From contig CBFFRP010000180.1 in NCBI GenBank assembly GCA_965644295.1, forward strand, positions 44,794-108,793: 64,000 bases of DNA. Direction: 5' to 3'. Positions 20,246 to 32,761 of the stretch are shown in pieces. The position numbers and the translations under genes are program-made. The notes under the pieces are model-generated. The model searched no databases and had not been told where the DNA came from. It saw only the letters and a list, made by a program, of their open reading frames with translations. Positions within the stretch are counted from its first letter, which is position 1; each line of letters opens with the position of its first letter. The DNA comes from Paraphysomonas bandaiensis. Its lineage: Eukaryota; Protista; Chrysophyceae.

Positions 20246-20346
20246 GCTATATAATATTGTTTATTACTTAAGTGTTATTAAATTTAAATTACTATAAGTA
20301 TATATTTCCTGATGTCTGACCATGAAACCTTTTCGACAGTGATGAA

Positions 20347-20733
20347 GCTATCGTGTGGTGTAGATTAGATAGTGTTGTTAGTATAGTGGCGAGCTCGTTT
20401 GTAGCTACTGCGGACTTCAATCTTAGAATCTACTGCTGTTCTCTCTATTTTATTTTACTGCTGGTGTTGAGTATAGGGTTGATGCCCTTTCTCATATTAT
20501 AATAATTATAACTATTTTATCTATTTTTATTTCTCTTGAAAATTACCCTAAACCCTCAACCCTTAATATATAATATATTATAAAAAAGATATATATAAAA
20601 TGAATTATTAAAATGTTATATAAAAAAGAATTATATTACTTTTTAAAAATTATAATATAGGATTGGTTTTAGGGATTCGATTTAACGGACCCCATTGCCT
20701 GCAAGCGGAGCGCACCACACCACGCTTTTTTTT
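20347..20733 (-). repeat. Right terminal inverted repeat of PLV
   Basis: Ends GCAAGCGGAGCGCACCACACCACGCTTTTTTTT, followed by TAGCAA. Confidence 0.95.
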
Positions 20734-20781
20734 TAGCAAAACAATTTAACATTTAACTAACTAGTGCTTAACTCTGATATC

Positions 20782-21905
20782 CAGGGCTTGTCAATTATTG
20801 AAATTGCAATAATTGAAATTGAGACAGCAAGTAATAATTGCAATTATAATTGACTCCAGCTAGCTTCAATTAATTGATATTAAAAAACGGTATTTTTTTG
20901 AAAAAATCCAATTTTTAGGATAAAAATCGAAGATTGGTGAAAGTCTATAATATCCATAGGATTATCTCACATAGTAATTCATTTAACTTAATTAGCAATA
21001 TGAGCAACAAACTGGCATCAGAAGTCATTGCACGAGTGTTATTTGAGACAGTAAATGATAATAGCGAAGAGGCTGCAATATAGAGATTTTTTTCCTGTAG
21101 GAAAAAAGGGGCTCCACATTTTCCATGATTGACCGCTACTTGCTTCTATCTAATCATATACGATCATTCAAGTTTAGCTTCGACGTGTTAAGTCTAATGC
21201 CCAAGTGAAAAGGAGCATGTCAAGCTCGTGCAATACGGGAGGAACAGGAATTGTTTCAACTAGTGTACTTACAAATAATACAGAAGAAAGGTTAACACCA
21301 GCTTGACCTCCACGACATTTGTACATCATAAGGCACCCGATTGTTGAGCGTCATCTGGGCGACAGTGCTGCTATTGTTTTTAACGCTGCTTTCAAAAGGG
21401 CAGTCGTGAATATTCAATGTGGCAACGAAGCCGTTACACGGACGGCAAAAGATCAAATTAAAATGGAAGAAGATTATAACGGTGCGAGTCTATTTCCGAA
21501 TGACGATGCAGCGCAACGTTTGATTGATGGTAGCAGGCAGCGGAAGCGCGCAAGATGTAACCAGCAAACTCGTTACCGCAGCATGATACACGTTTTTGCA
21601 TGCTACAACCAATAAAAGGTTGAAAGGTTGTTCAGTAGAGCTACGATTGTTATGACGGGCTTGCGCAAGAGCTTGACTCCTCAATATTTAAGAGCTACTT
21701 ATGTTTTTACGCATGAATCGTCGCCTCTGAAATAAAATGACAGTTGAAGAAGCTATATTGGCAGCTAGTGTATTTTGGTACTAAATAATTGCAATTAATT
21801 GCTGTTAATTGCAATGATTGAAATTGAGACAGCAAGTAATAATTGTAATTACAATTGACTACAACCTGCGTCAATTAATTGACAATTAATTGATACGCAG
21901 CCCTG
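20782..21905 (+). mobile_element. Internally deleted hAT DNA transposon
   Basis: CAGGGC...GCCCTG ends; perfect 8-bp TSD CTGATATC (20774-20781, 21906-21913); remnant VERLFSRATIVMT..RKSL hAT dimerisation motif near 21616-21720; AATTG subterminal repeats. Confidence 0.85.
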
Positions 21906-22130
21906 CTGATATCCTACCCTTTAACGCTAAGAAAGCTGCTTGTGCGTCACCGCAAGCACCAAGGTGTAACCACTTTTGCTCTACCGCTCAAAAAGCGGAA
22001 TGTAGATATATATACCTGACATCTGCTGACTTCAGGATATTTGAGTCCTTAAGGTGTAAGGTGAACAGCCCGGATACTTGACTTCAGCAGGCAGTCCAGC
22101 TCCCCCGATGCCCTTGCGATGGGCCTAGTC

Positions 22131-22845
22131 CAGGGCTGGGTAACAATTAACGGCGATTAAATTGCCAATTATTGTCTAATTAACTTAGTTACTCATTACA
22201 AGCACGAATAACATCTTCAACCGTACATGCATTCCACAGGAGTCTCTATTAAAGCTCAAGAACATATAAGGTCCTCTAATCGATGAGGTTTCTGCATTAA
22301 GGTATTAAATAAAAACGCACATCACCAAGATCGGCCTGTTCGGTGCCATCTTTCTGGAGAATCATACTCTTTCGAATTCTCTTAGCTCCGCTGTCATGCG
22401 CTCTAATTTAGCATGTGCCACTGCATTAGTATAGGGATTAATTAGTTGACCTCATCACCAAATTGCATCTGCCCAGATCTCCTGCTAACTCCAAAAAATT
22501 TGGAACCCCATCGAGTATCATTTCTTACAAGAGAGCACGTGGCAAGTCATGTCTTACGCTATGGATCGAGCTGAATTTAGTCTTGTAGTCGATCGTAAAA
22601 AAAGAAACAGTACCTTTCAAAATGTAAAGAAATTTATAGTGAGAAGAAAACCTTCCCGCCATTTTAATAACCACTATAATAGTCATTAAGGGCAATTAGT
22701 GGCTATCGTCCTTAATGTTTTCCAAGTTCGAATTCTAATATTATGTCCTTATACTATACAGTTAATAAAAGCCAAATAATTGCAATTTTTATGTATATTC
22801 CATGCAATTTGATTGCAATTTAATTAATTGTTACGCAGCCCTCTG
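22131..22845. mobile_element. Second non-autonomous hAT-family element
   Basis: CAGGGCTGGGTAACAATTAA ... TTAATTGTTACGCAGCCCT(CT)G; flanks GCCTAGTC / GCCCAGTC (8-bp TSD, 1 mismatch). Confidence 0.7.
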
Positions 22846-23441
22846 GCCCAGTCCCGGATGCCTGTTTTGGTTATAAGTGGGAAGAACAATATCTGCGGAC
22901 TATATATGCGGCCCACGTATTATTCTCGGAGAAATATCTCCGGTACTTATTCCCCAGAACATCTCGAAAAGGTGCGAATCCGTCTCTGTTGAGGGTTCGA
23001 TTATCACAAAGTAACATGCACAAGCATATACAGTGATTAAATATATTAATATGGATTTCATAGTTTGTTTTGAAGTATGAGCGCTATTTTATACTATTGT
23101 GATACTTAAGATCGTTAATTATTGTAGATTGACTTAACTGTAGTCAAAGCGTAACACAATTTTCAATTTCTCATTTACACACATTTTTTTAAAAAGACAG
23201 GAGAATAAAAAAGTAAAAATGCATGAGCAATGAAATCAATCTTACATAGATTGACACAGAAACGTTTTGGCTGTAATATTCCAGACTGGAATCCAGACAT
23301 TCACCTCGAAGGTTCACAACCAACTGGCGTTAAAGAGTTACTACGCAGGTACAATATATACGTACATTGGGTTTTCTTACATTATTACAGTGATTTAGGA
23401 TAATATTACACAAAATTAGCACTCTTTTACTACTATTAACA

Positions 23442-24773
23442 CTAACTGAGGTCGAAGCATGGTGGATTCACTCCAGATACCGGTGACGCTTGTCTGATCG
23501 TCTTGTTCATTCCAGCACTTGGAGCTTTCCTTGGAGCACTGGTTATAGAGCTGTTTGTACTGTAGGTGGGATCTATACGCCTAATAGGCTTTACAGGAGT
23601 TCTGAATGCATCTTCCTTATCTGGCTCTTCATTCAGGGCAGTATCCTGCACATATTCTAAAATGAGATTCCGTATCTCTGAGTCCTTCCGTAGCTTCATT
23701 GCGGCATCGTACGCCGAATCACCTATCGGGTGAGGTTTCTGTGATGGATCTGAGTGATGTTGAAGCAGGAGCTTTACGAGTGGAAGACAGCGACGCCTCA
23801 CAGCTATATGCAACGGGGTGAAACCCGAGGAGTTAAGAGAGCGCACCAGTGGACATGGTGTGTCGCAGGCCGGAGATGCACAAGGGTACGATTCAAGGAG
23901 CCATTCGGCGATACGTGTCTGTTTTTGATCACAAGCAATATGTAGTGCTGTGTCGTTACGGGTGTCCACTGCAACCAACACATCAACCGTTGCAACATCA
24001 CTGAGGAGCTGTGCTATGGCTACACTAGCGGGCCCACGAGCAAGGTAATGGAGTACGGTTGCTCCCTCCGAGTCCCTAAGCTTTACATCTGCCCCCGCAG
24101 CAAGTAGTAGCTGAATGGGCACTGCACGGCCATGCCGACAGGCCAGCATCAAGGGGGAGATGCCAGTAAGTGCACCTTTGAGTCCGCTAACACAGCCATC
24201 CACATGTGCTCCATGAGACAGAAGAAGCTGCATAATATCATCGTGACCATTAATCACAGATGCCGTTAATGGTGTCATAGGATCACTCTTGTCTGTTTGG
24301 GAATTGTATACAGGTACTTCTGAAATATTCGCATCACAGTCCACAGAGAGCAGATGGCGAGCAACTTCTGTCATTCCTTCCAGACAAGCAAACAAAAGAG
24401 CAGTCGCTCCATTCTCGTTCACATGTTTGACATCAACACCTGTGTATTCCAGCAGCATTAGCGCCGTATCCTGATGACCGTACTGACATGCTACTATGAG
24501 CGGGGTGTTTCCCCACATGCCCTTCTCGTTGACATCGCCGCCTCGCAGCAGCAGATCCTTCGCCATCGCTGTTTTCCCCTTCTTGCAGAGAGGCAGCAGA
24601 CTAGTGGTGTTCATCTTCTTCTCCGTAAAAACAAACCCCGAGTCATCTGTAGACGAAGGCGCTGACTCAGGGCTCACTACTGACGACCTCACAGAGGTGG
24701 ACTGACGTAACACCTCACTCGGATGAGATGCATCAGGCAGCACTGTGTTCGATGTGCTTCCACACACTCCCAT
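23442..24773 (-). CDS. Ankyrin-repeat protein, N-myristoylation/palmitoylation-type N-terminus
   Basis: MGVCGS; GNTPLIVAC, GATALLFAC, TPLTAS, GISPLMLAC, GFTPLHIAV. Confidence 0.9.
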   Translation of the reverse strand: MGVCGSTSNTVLPDASHPSEVLRQSTSVRSSVVSPESAPSSTDDSGFVFTEKKMNTTSLLPLCKKGKTAMAKDLLLRGGDVNEKGMWGNTPLIVACQYGHQDTALMLLEYTGVDVKHVNENGATALLFACLEGMTEVARHLLSVDCDANISEVPVYNSQTDKSDPMTPLTASVINGHDDIMQLLLSHGAHVDGCVSGLKGALTGISPLMLACRHGRAVPIQLLLAAGADVKLRDSEGATVLHYLARGPASVAIAQLLSDVATVDVLVAVDTRNDTALHIACDQKQTRIAEWLLESYPCASPACDTPCPLVRSLNSSGFTPLHIAVRRRCLPLVKLLLQHHSDPSQKPHPIGDSAYDAAMKLRKDSEIRNLILEYVQDTALNEEPDKEDAFRTPVKPIRRIDPTYSTNSSITSAPRKAPSAGMNKTIRQASPVSGVNPPCFDLS

Positions 24774-25116
24774 TGCTATCTAAAATACACACGGAGTCAT
24801 TTGCCAGTCCAACAAACTACGACAAACAAATTATGCGGAGTGACACAGCGTGACTGTGATGAGAGTGCTGGGCTGTGTATGTGTGTATGTGTATGTATAC
24901 ACAGCAGCAGTGTATGTGCGTTGTAGTACTCCATTACCCACTCTGAAATACCGTATAATACATTCGAATACATTCCGTTATACAGTCTACTGAAACGGAT
25001 GAATGATCTCAGAATATTCTTGACACGATATGGGAATACAGCACAAGGTATAGCCGTATCATATCCGACAAGTACCATACTATGATTGTATCCTCCGCAG
25101 TCTGCAGTACAGCAGT

Positions 25117-25589
25117 ATACATACATACATACATACATACATACATACATACATACATACATACATACATACATACATACATACATACATACATACATAC
25201 ATACATACATACATACATACATACATACATACATACATACATACATACATACATACATACATACATACATACATACATACATACATACATACATACATAC
25301 ATACATACATACATACATACATACATACATACATACATACATACATACATACATACATACATACATACATACATACATACATACATACATACATACATAC
25401 ATACATACATACATACATACATACATACATACATACATACATACATACATACATACATACATACATACATACATACATACATACATACATACATACATAC
25501 ATACATACATACATACATACATACATACATACATACATACATACATACATACATACATACATACATACATACATACATACATACATACA

Positions 25590-25621
<32 letters not shown>

Positions 25622-25768
25622 CATACATACATACATACATACATACATACATACATACATACATACATACATACATACATACATACATACATACATACAT
25701 ACATACATACATACATACATACATACATACATACATACATACATACATACATACATACATACATACAT
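25117..25768. repeat. (ATAC)n microsatellite, about 650 bp
   Basis: Near-perfect tetranucleotide array. Confidence 0.98.
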
Positions 25769-25833
25769 GCAGGCTCTATCTACGAGTAGTAGCAACTAGA
25801 CATGAGGAGACGCAGTTCCTCCCTCCCATCGCC

Positions 25834-28567
25834 ATGCTCTCATATATACGACTCATCCTAGCCCTCCTCTATATCTCAGTCGGTCTCACAGCCCTATCAG
25901 TGTCCTCAGGGAGTGTGGGAGGGTTCACAGTGAGCGTGGAGGGCCTTCAAGTCACCGTCTCATCGTCTTCATATCGCCCTCGTGTATTATGGAGCACTGC
26001 TCAAGATATCGATGACTTTATACGAATAGGAACTGCCACTGCGAGTGCGCCTATCAGTAACGGCAACTGTCAGCTGCATGAGGACGTGGCGTTGTTGTCT
26101 TGCTATCAAACTATTGACACCCTGCACACTAACGATGACACGCATGCTCATAAGCGCACTGGTGATGATGAGGATAGTGAAGTGTTTCGTATCAGTGGCA
26201 GACTCCTGAGCTGTTCAGACAGAAACACAGTTGCGGCAGACTATACGTTAACGTTTACTGAATGCGTCGAATCTGAGAATCATCTTTGCTTCAGTGTGAA
26301 TGTCAGCGATATCAGAGGGGACTACGACAGTGACTCACTCCGTCTATTTCTCTCATATACTTCTCAAGCTTCTGAGAGTTTTCATGGGTTTGGGGAAAGC
26401 TTCACTGGTTTTAACCTCAAAGGTAGGCGAGTGCCAGTGTTGGTGAGTGAGCAGGGGGTCGGCCGGGGATTAGAACCCATCACCAGCTATCTGAACACTC
26501 AAGTGGAGGAAGGGGTTGGTGGGCACTGGTACACTACATATGCCCCTAAGCCCCTCTATGTAACAAACCTGAATCGTAGTGTTTTTCTGGATAACTCGGA
26601 AGTGTCGGTGTTTGACCTTCAAAACCCAGATATGGTAGATATTGAACTGTGGGGAGCACAAATGCGAGGAAGGATTCTCTTCGGTGAGAGCATGGTAGAC
26701 CTTGTTAAAGAGCTGACTCTAATCACGGGCCGGATGCCTTTGCCTCCTGCGTGGACACAGAAAGGTGCTGTGGTGGGGCTTGAGGGTGGCACCGAAAACG
26801 TATCGTCCACTGTTGCCTCTCTCTTGAATGCTGGAGTACCTATTGCTGGGGTATGGCTACAAGATTGGGTTGGTATGAGACATGACTGGGACGGCGACCG
26901 GCTGATATGGAACTGGGAGGTGAATTATGAGTGGTACCCAGGATGGCATGATATGGTGAACTCGTGGGCGAATGATGATATCCGTGTGCTCACCTATATT
27001 AACCCCTTCTTCTCTGACCCAGCGAACTACACGTCGTCTTACAGACGCAACTTCTACCGGGAAGGTATAGAGCGTGGATACTTTGTGAAGAAAGTTGACG
27101 GATCTCCTTATACTCTGTATTCCCTGAGTATAGAGTTCACGTGAGTCGATCTGATATATTATCAGTGATGCTGATCTATCACATGATAGGATGCTTGACC
27201 CGACGAATCCAGAGGCGATGGAGTGGATGAAGAACGATGTTATACGTTCCATGTCTCTGGATGAGGCGCAGTCGTCTGGGTGGATGGCAGGTACTTTTTA
27301 TATTTTCGAATGTTGCTTCTAACACACTGCCAGACTTTGGGGAGTACCTTCCCTTCGATGCAGTACTTCACAGCGGCGAGTCAGCTGCTTCCTACCATAA
27401 CCGGTGAGATGATATATTATCTGTGTACTACAGAAGCGTGTTGAAAGTATCACTTGCAGGTATCCTGAAGATTGGGCGCGCATTACTCGTGACGCTATTA
27501 CGGAGGCAGGACGCGAGGAGGACGTTGTATTCTTCATGCGAAGTGCTTGGACGAGAGCTCCGAAGTATGTCCCCGTGTATTGGCTGGGTGATCAGTTGAT
27601 TAGCTGGGATAGAGAAGATGGATTGGGAAGCGTTGTGTTGGGAGCCTTGTCGGGCGGTCTATGCGGTCATACAATTACTCATAGTGACATAGGAGGCTAT
27701 ACTACTGAGACTGATCTCGGACCCGACATGACATACACGCGCTCGTCAGAGCTGTTGATGCGATGGTCGGAACTCGCAGCATTCGGTTCTGCTATGTTCC
27801 GTACTCATATTGGTTCTAGTCGTACGCCTCTAAATGCCCAGGTCTATGACAGCCCGGAGTCGATGAAACATTTCGCTACCTTCGCATCTGTTTTCTCTGC
27901 CCTTGCTGCATACAGAGAAATGCTTATGCTTGAGGCGCATTCCTCTGGTCTTCCCCTGATGAGGTACATGTGTTTTTGGTATACTCTCTTGCCTTATCTT
28001 ACGCTGGTATAGACCGCTCGCTATGCACTATGGCTATGATGCGGAGGCTTGGCGAGTGGATTCCCAGTTTTTATTTGGAGAGGAGTTCTTGGTGACTCCT
28101 TGCACCACAGAGGGGGCGAGTAGTGTGGAAGTTTACTTTCCTAAATTCTCAGGACCATGGGTACATCTGGTAGGGCATCTCATGTGGCGTGATTGTGTTG
28201 ATTGTGTGATGTGATGTTATAGTGGAGCGGAGCAGTAGTTCTATCCCCCGCAGATGGCAGGGGAATGTGGCGAACAATTGATTCTCCTATCGGGCATCCT
28301 GCTGTGTTTTTCAAACAAGGGTCGGTTTATGGGGACGAGCTTCGGAACCGCGTTCGTGAGCTCGGCATGTCCTCCACATATACTTCTAGTCATCACACTG
28401 ATTACAGCAATGGATTATCCGCGCTACTGATAGGATTCGGCGCGGTACTACTTGTTGTGGTGGCAGTTATATTTTCTCGTCGCAGAAAGCTATGGACGCA
28501 ACCTGACAGCGCTGATGTCATGAATGGGACAGAAGGTTATTCTGTTATCCCACGTGAAGATATTTAA
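25834..28567 (+). CDS. GH31 glycosidase, sulfoquinovosidase (YihQ)-like, with signal peptide and C-terminal TM; multi-exon
   Basis: WLQDWVGMR...GDRLIWNW, TYINP, spliced GWMADFGEYLP, YWLGDQ, HSDIGGYT, FRTH, QFLFGEEFLVTP. Confidence 0.88.
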
Positions 28568-30145
28568 ATTGTCGTGTGCGTGCGTGGTTTCTCAGCTCTA
28601 ACTGTATGTGAACAGTGAATAGTGCATCTAATGGATTTTCCACTGTGGAATAATTGTGATTATTACTGCGTTCGAAGTAGTCGAAAGAAAGTAACGCTGG
28701 TTATCATCACCTACCGATATCCGATTAATTAAAATTGTGATATACATCCATCTAAATTTGTTATCTCTTCATTGGTAAAGTCTGACGTTTGCACCGAGTA
28801 GAGTAACATCGGCCTTATCTGGTACTGATTATTCAATCTTCTCTATATTCAGATATATATAGTATGTGCATATAGTATATAGTATGTGCTGGTCTCGACT
28901 ATCTAGAGTAAATAGAAGGCTAGACGTAAAATCTTACTCGCAATCAAATCACTTTTCACGGTGCAAACTTCACAATTGACAAGTAACTGATACATATTTA
29001 TTGTCTAACAGTGACATAGTAACGAAGGTTGTTATTCGTTAAATTTGAACCTTACACTGAAGTTATCCTTGTTCTATACGTAAACCTTAAACTTTCTTCG
29101 TCGCACACAAAGTACTTTAAGAAAGAATTACACATTTCACAATATATTCATATAATTTGCTGAATATCTAATCACATAAACATCTAACGCAATATCTTGG
29201 TGTTATAGGTGGTGTTGCAGCAAGCCTACATTATGGCCACACTGTCGGAATGGGGCAAATCCTTCTTCTGCCTGTCACCCCCGAGATCATATCATTTTCG
29301 GTAATCCGCCATATATACAATACACACACTGACACTCGGATCGCTTAGTCGATGTAGCTAAAGCAAACATTTTGCAATCGTGAGATATTTTCCCACGTTT
29401 AATACTAGGATATTAACTACTACCTTCGTAGTATAGTCTATACTTCACTAGAAAAAATATTACATTCCAGTAAACCCCTTAATTACTATAAGCTCATCGT
29501 TGTGTGGTACATACGTATATATATGCTACCAACGTATTCAAACTATACTTCATTAGTGACAAACTGACGTAGGTAGTTTTCGTTTCTCGTTTCCAGTCTC
29601 TTCCTGTCGTCGTGTAATCTCGCCTCCATCTCATCTGGTTACGTGAACAGTCTCTGCTTGTTGCAGCGCCATGTCAGCATCCACATCCATCAACTGACTG
29701 TGTCGGAGTCTCTTCTTCTGACGTCAGTGCGGCTCTTCAAACTCACACGAATCTATTCGATATCTCTGCTGATAGTTCGCCGTCAGTGTCAGTGTCTGGC
29801 TCAGTGGTAGTCAGCAACCTCATGTCGATGTACCCAGAGACACACACGACTCCCTCTCCATCGCCCTCACATCGCGATGAGACTCAGTGTCGTCAGCTGA
29901 TGCTGGTAGGCCTCGCAGAACTGGCTCTGCAGTCATCACTGTGCAAGTGGGTGATAGGAGGGTGCGTGTAATGGTGCAGGAATACAGCCGTATTCTAGTT
30001 ATTCTACCACAGTATGGTATAGAAGGTACAGCAGGTACATATACAACGTACAGGACCGTATCGTACAGTGTGTGTGTATAGAGATACAGTGATATAACTG
30101 AGCTGAGCTGAGCTGAGAAGTAGCGTCCACAGGTATGAAGAGGAC

Positions 30146-31186
30146 ATGAAGATCGCACCGTCTGACACTCAAAGTCACTCTGATGGGATCGGAGAACAGG
30201 CGAGACCCCACCTCTTCGCTCTGTCTCTGTTCTGCCCGTGTATTCTATTGGGGCGTATGCGGTCTGAAGTGATGAGAGAAGAGTGCGGAGGCAACACTGC
30301 TATTGGATGCAAAGGCTGTGCGGAGTGTGCGCTAACATGCGTGATGTGTGCTGCAGGATGGCCTCTGTCGCCCTGTCTATGTGCGTATATTAACGCGGAG
30401 AGGGGCAGAGTCAGCAGTATCTATCGACTCCCCAATACTTTGAAGGGGAAGCATAACTCTTGGTGTGGCATGGCGATGAATATCTGCTGCTGGCCTCTCA
30501 GTTTGGTTGAGTTGTTTATCTTCCTTCGCAACAAAAAGGAGGAAGGTATGCTTCACTATGAATGGTCACCTGCTTATCCTTCATCGATGGAAAGTACATT
30601 GTCCTCTGGGAACAGCTGGGATGCTGCTGTGGTTGTGGTGGGACCAGAAGGGAGCGGGAAGACTGAGCTGGTCATGAAGCTTACAGGAGAGCGTGTTCAG
30701 AACTATGGGAGTCCAGGAGAAGGATTCGACAGGAGTGAAGTACGAGTGGGGCTGCGGCCGATATACTTGGAGGAGCGTACAAGTGGGCCGCGCATACCCA
30801 TAGTTGAAATGTGGGACATACCTTGGAGCTCAGATGGCCTCAGAACCCTGTCCCACATATCTGCCCCTATAAGGCACGTGCTGCTTGTTTATGACTGCAG
30901 TGATTCCACATCTCTGCTTGGAATGAAAGATATATACAAGGAGCTCTTCTACTTACCAGCCCTCAGCACTGCGTCTTTTACCGTGGTTGCCGCTAAGAAT
31001 GACCACCTATACCACTGTACTACTAGGCGAGGAAGTGGTATACCGGATCCCTGCGAGGATGAGGTCAACAGCGGAGCAGCGTGGGCTGCTTCAAATGGTC
31101 TTGGATTTCTTCCAGCCAGCGCCATTTACAGTTGTGGCATACCAGAACTCATGAAAATCATCAGAAGTAGTGTCGATGTATCTTAA
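30146..31186 (+). CDS. PLAC8-like Cys-rich domain fused to divergent Ras-superfamily GTPase (upstream exon likely)
   Basis: LFCPCILLGR...ERGRV..IYRL...CCWPLSL then VVVVGPEGSGKT, EMWDIP, LLVYDCS, VAAKND, PASA. Confidence 0.7.
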   Translation: MKIAPSDTQSHSDGIGEQARPHLFALSLFCPCILLGRMRSEVMREECGGNTAIGCKGCAECALTCVMCAAGWPLSPCLCAYINAERGRVSSIYRLPNTLKGKHNSWCGMAMNICCWPLSLVELFIFLRNKKEEGMLHYEWSPAYPSSMESTLSSGNSWDAAVVVVGPEGSGKTELVMKLTGERVQNYGSPGEGFDRSEVRVGLRPIYLEERTSGPRIPIVEMWDIPWSSDGLRTLSHISAPIRHVLLVYDCSDSTSLLGMKDIYKELFYLPALSTASFTVVAAKNDHLYHCTTRRGSGIPDPCEDEVNSGAAWAASNGLGFLPASAIYSCGIPELMKIIRSSVDVS

Positions 31187-32761
31187 GAAGATATTGTGTA
31201 GAATATATGTTATTATATCAGCATTTTTGTGCTTGGGTAAGTAGAGCGTATGCACTATGTAAAAAGAGAAATATGTACGATAGCGATGGACTGCGTTTCG
31301 TCATTAACTTGTACGGTTATGTCGAGAAGATGATTGACTTTTATAAGTTTGTAAATAAATTACACTTATGTCATCATTAACCTCTACACTAGTGTTCAAT
31401 AGTCTCACAACAATATTGACAACTACAACACATTATAATATGCATATGGCGCTGAATATAGATTGAATTTTATAAGATTGGTGACGTTATTCGACTGGTG
31501 TACTAGTAGTATAATTTATCATTATAATACAGTTTCCGCTAGGAATTATTTCAGCATGGAAATCAAAACTTATGAACAATAAAATCATCGCTCATCGGAG
31601 AAAGTCATTTTGAAAAACCACGCAGAATTTCCTTTTTTTCATCTTCCATTCCGCCACCGCATCATATAATGCCCGCTGCCAAAAGGGCTCAAAATTCATA
31701 TATACATTAAATAAAATTAAAATTAATCTTAAAAATTAACCTTCGACGTAAATTTGAATGAAAGGAATATTAAAAGTGCAAAATTAAACTGCAGTATTCA
31801 AAATAATACTAGTCAAATACATATTTGAAAGTATATTAGAAGTTTTATTATTAGCAATAGGCGTTAAAAATCTGCACCAACTTAGTGGCTAGATGGACAA
31901 ACTAGTCAAGCTAAATAAGCATCTACTATTTACTAACTAGTGTAAACGCTTGAATTCTACTCTTTAACGCTACGAGAATTGCTTGTGCGTCGCCGCAAGC
32001 ACCGAGGTGCGACCATTCTCGCTATATGATAGATGTGTATGTAGGGACGCTGTACAACGTAGAGCATGACAAGTGAAAGAAGTGGTCAAAGTCATCTACT
32101 ACCACACTGCGACGCTTAAGATTACACATACATTTTGTGCAATTTCCATCCTGGGACTGCCTTATGTGCCCCACGGCAACCAGGGGAAGCAGCAATATAC
32201 CCTTCTGAGTTTGGCGATCTGGTGGCCTTCCCTAAAGCATTGTGCCAAGTGGCTCGGAGGCATGCGGATGAAGATCTAACTACAATGAAAATCAATGTAC
32301 TATCGGCTATAATGTAGAATTCACAAAAGTTTAAAAAGAGTTTCCTAATTTATTATATTTACTTTCGTAATTTTATATATAGTACGTAATTTAACTTGTT
32401 ATGTCGAGCTTTTTGAACTATGTAAATATTAGCTCACGGGTATACACAGTATCAATACGAAGTTCATTTAGACTAACATCAAGGAATTCAGACCAAATTC
32501 ATCACATATTAAATACTCGAGGCAAAGCTCATTCAGTAAGACTATTGCACATACCATTACCTTTAACTGTAATACAATAACCAGAACCTATTGCGTAATG
32601 ATAAAAAGCCTTCGCAGCAAGTCATTCACCTGCCTGTATGAATCGTCTAACTAGTTGAAGGATAAAACCACAACTACTAGATTCAAAAGTATAAACTATC
32701 GACAAAGCAAAGCTCAATTCTATACAACACTGTCACACCATTGCGTCAATCATGTCGTCAC

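Larger units (their letters stand above)
3096..20733. mobile_element. Endogenous Polinton-like virus (integrated, 17.6 kb)
   Basis: 387-bp TIRs; TAGCAA at 3090-3095 and 20734-20739; AT-rich, dense intronless ORFs including MCP, penton, packaging ATPase, rve integrase, PolB and SF3 helicase. Confidence 0.95.

Noticed and set aside
3096-20733. Canonical virophage (Lavidaviridae) or classic Maverick/Polinton
   Set aside because: No recognisable cysteine protease, MCP is shorter and PLV-like, and PolB is minimal; PLV fits better pending phylogeny
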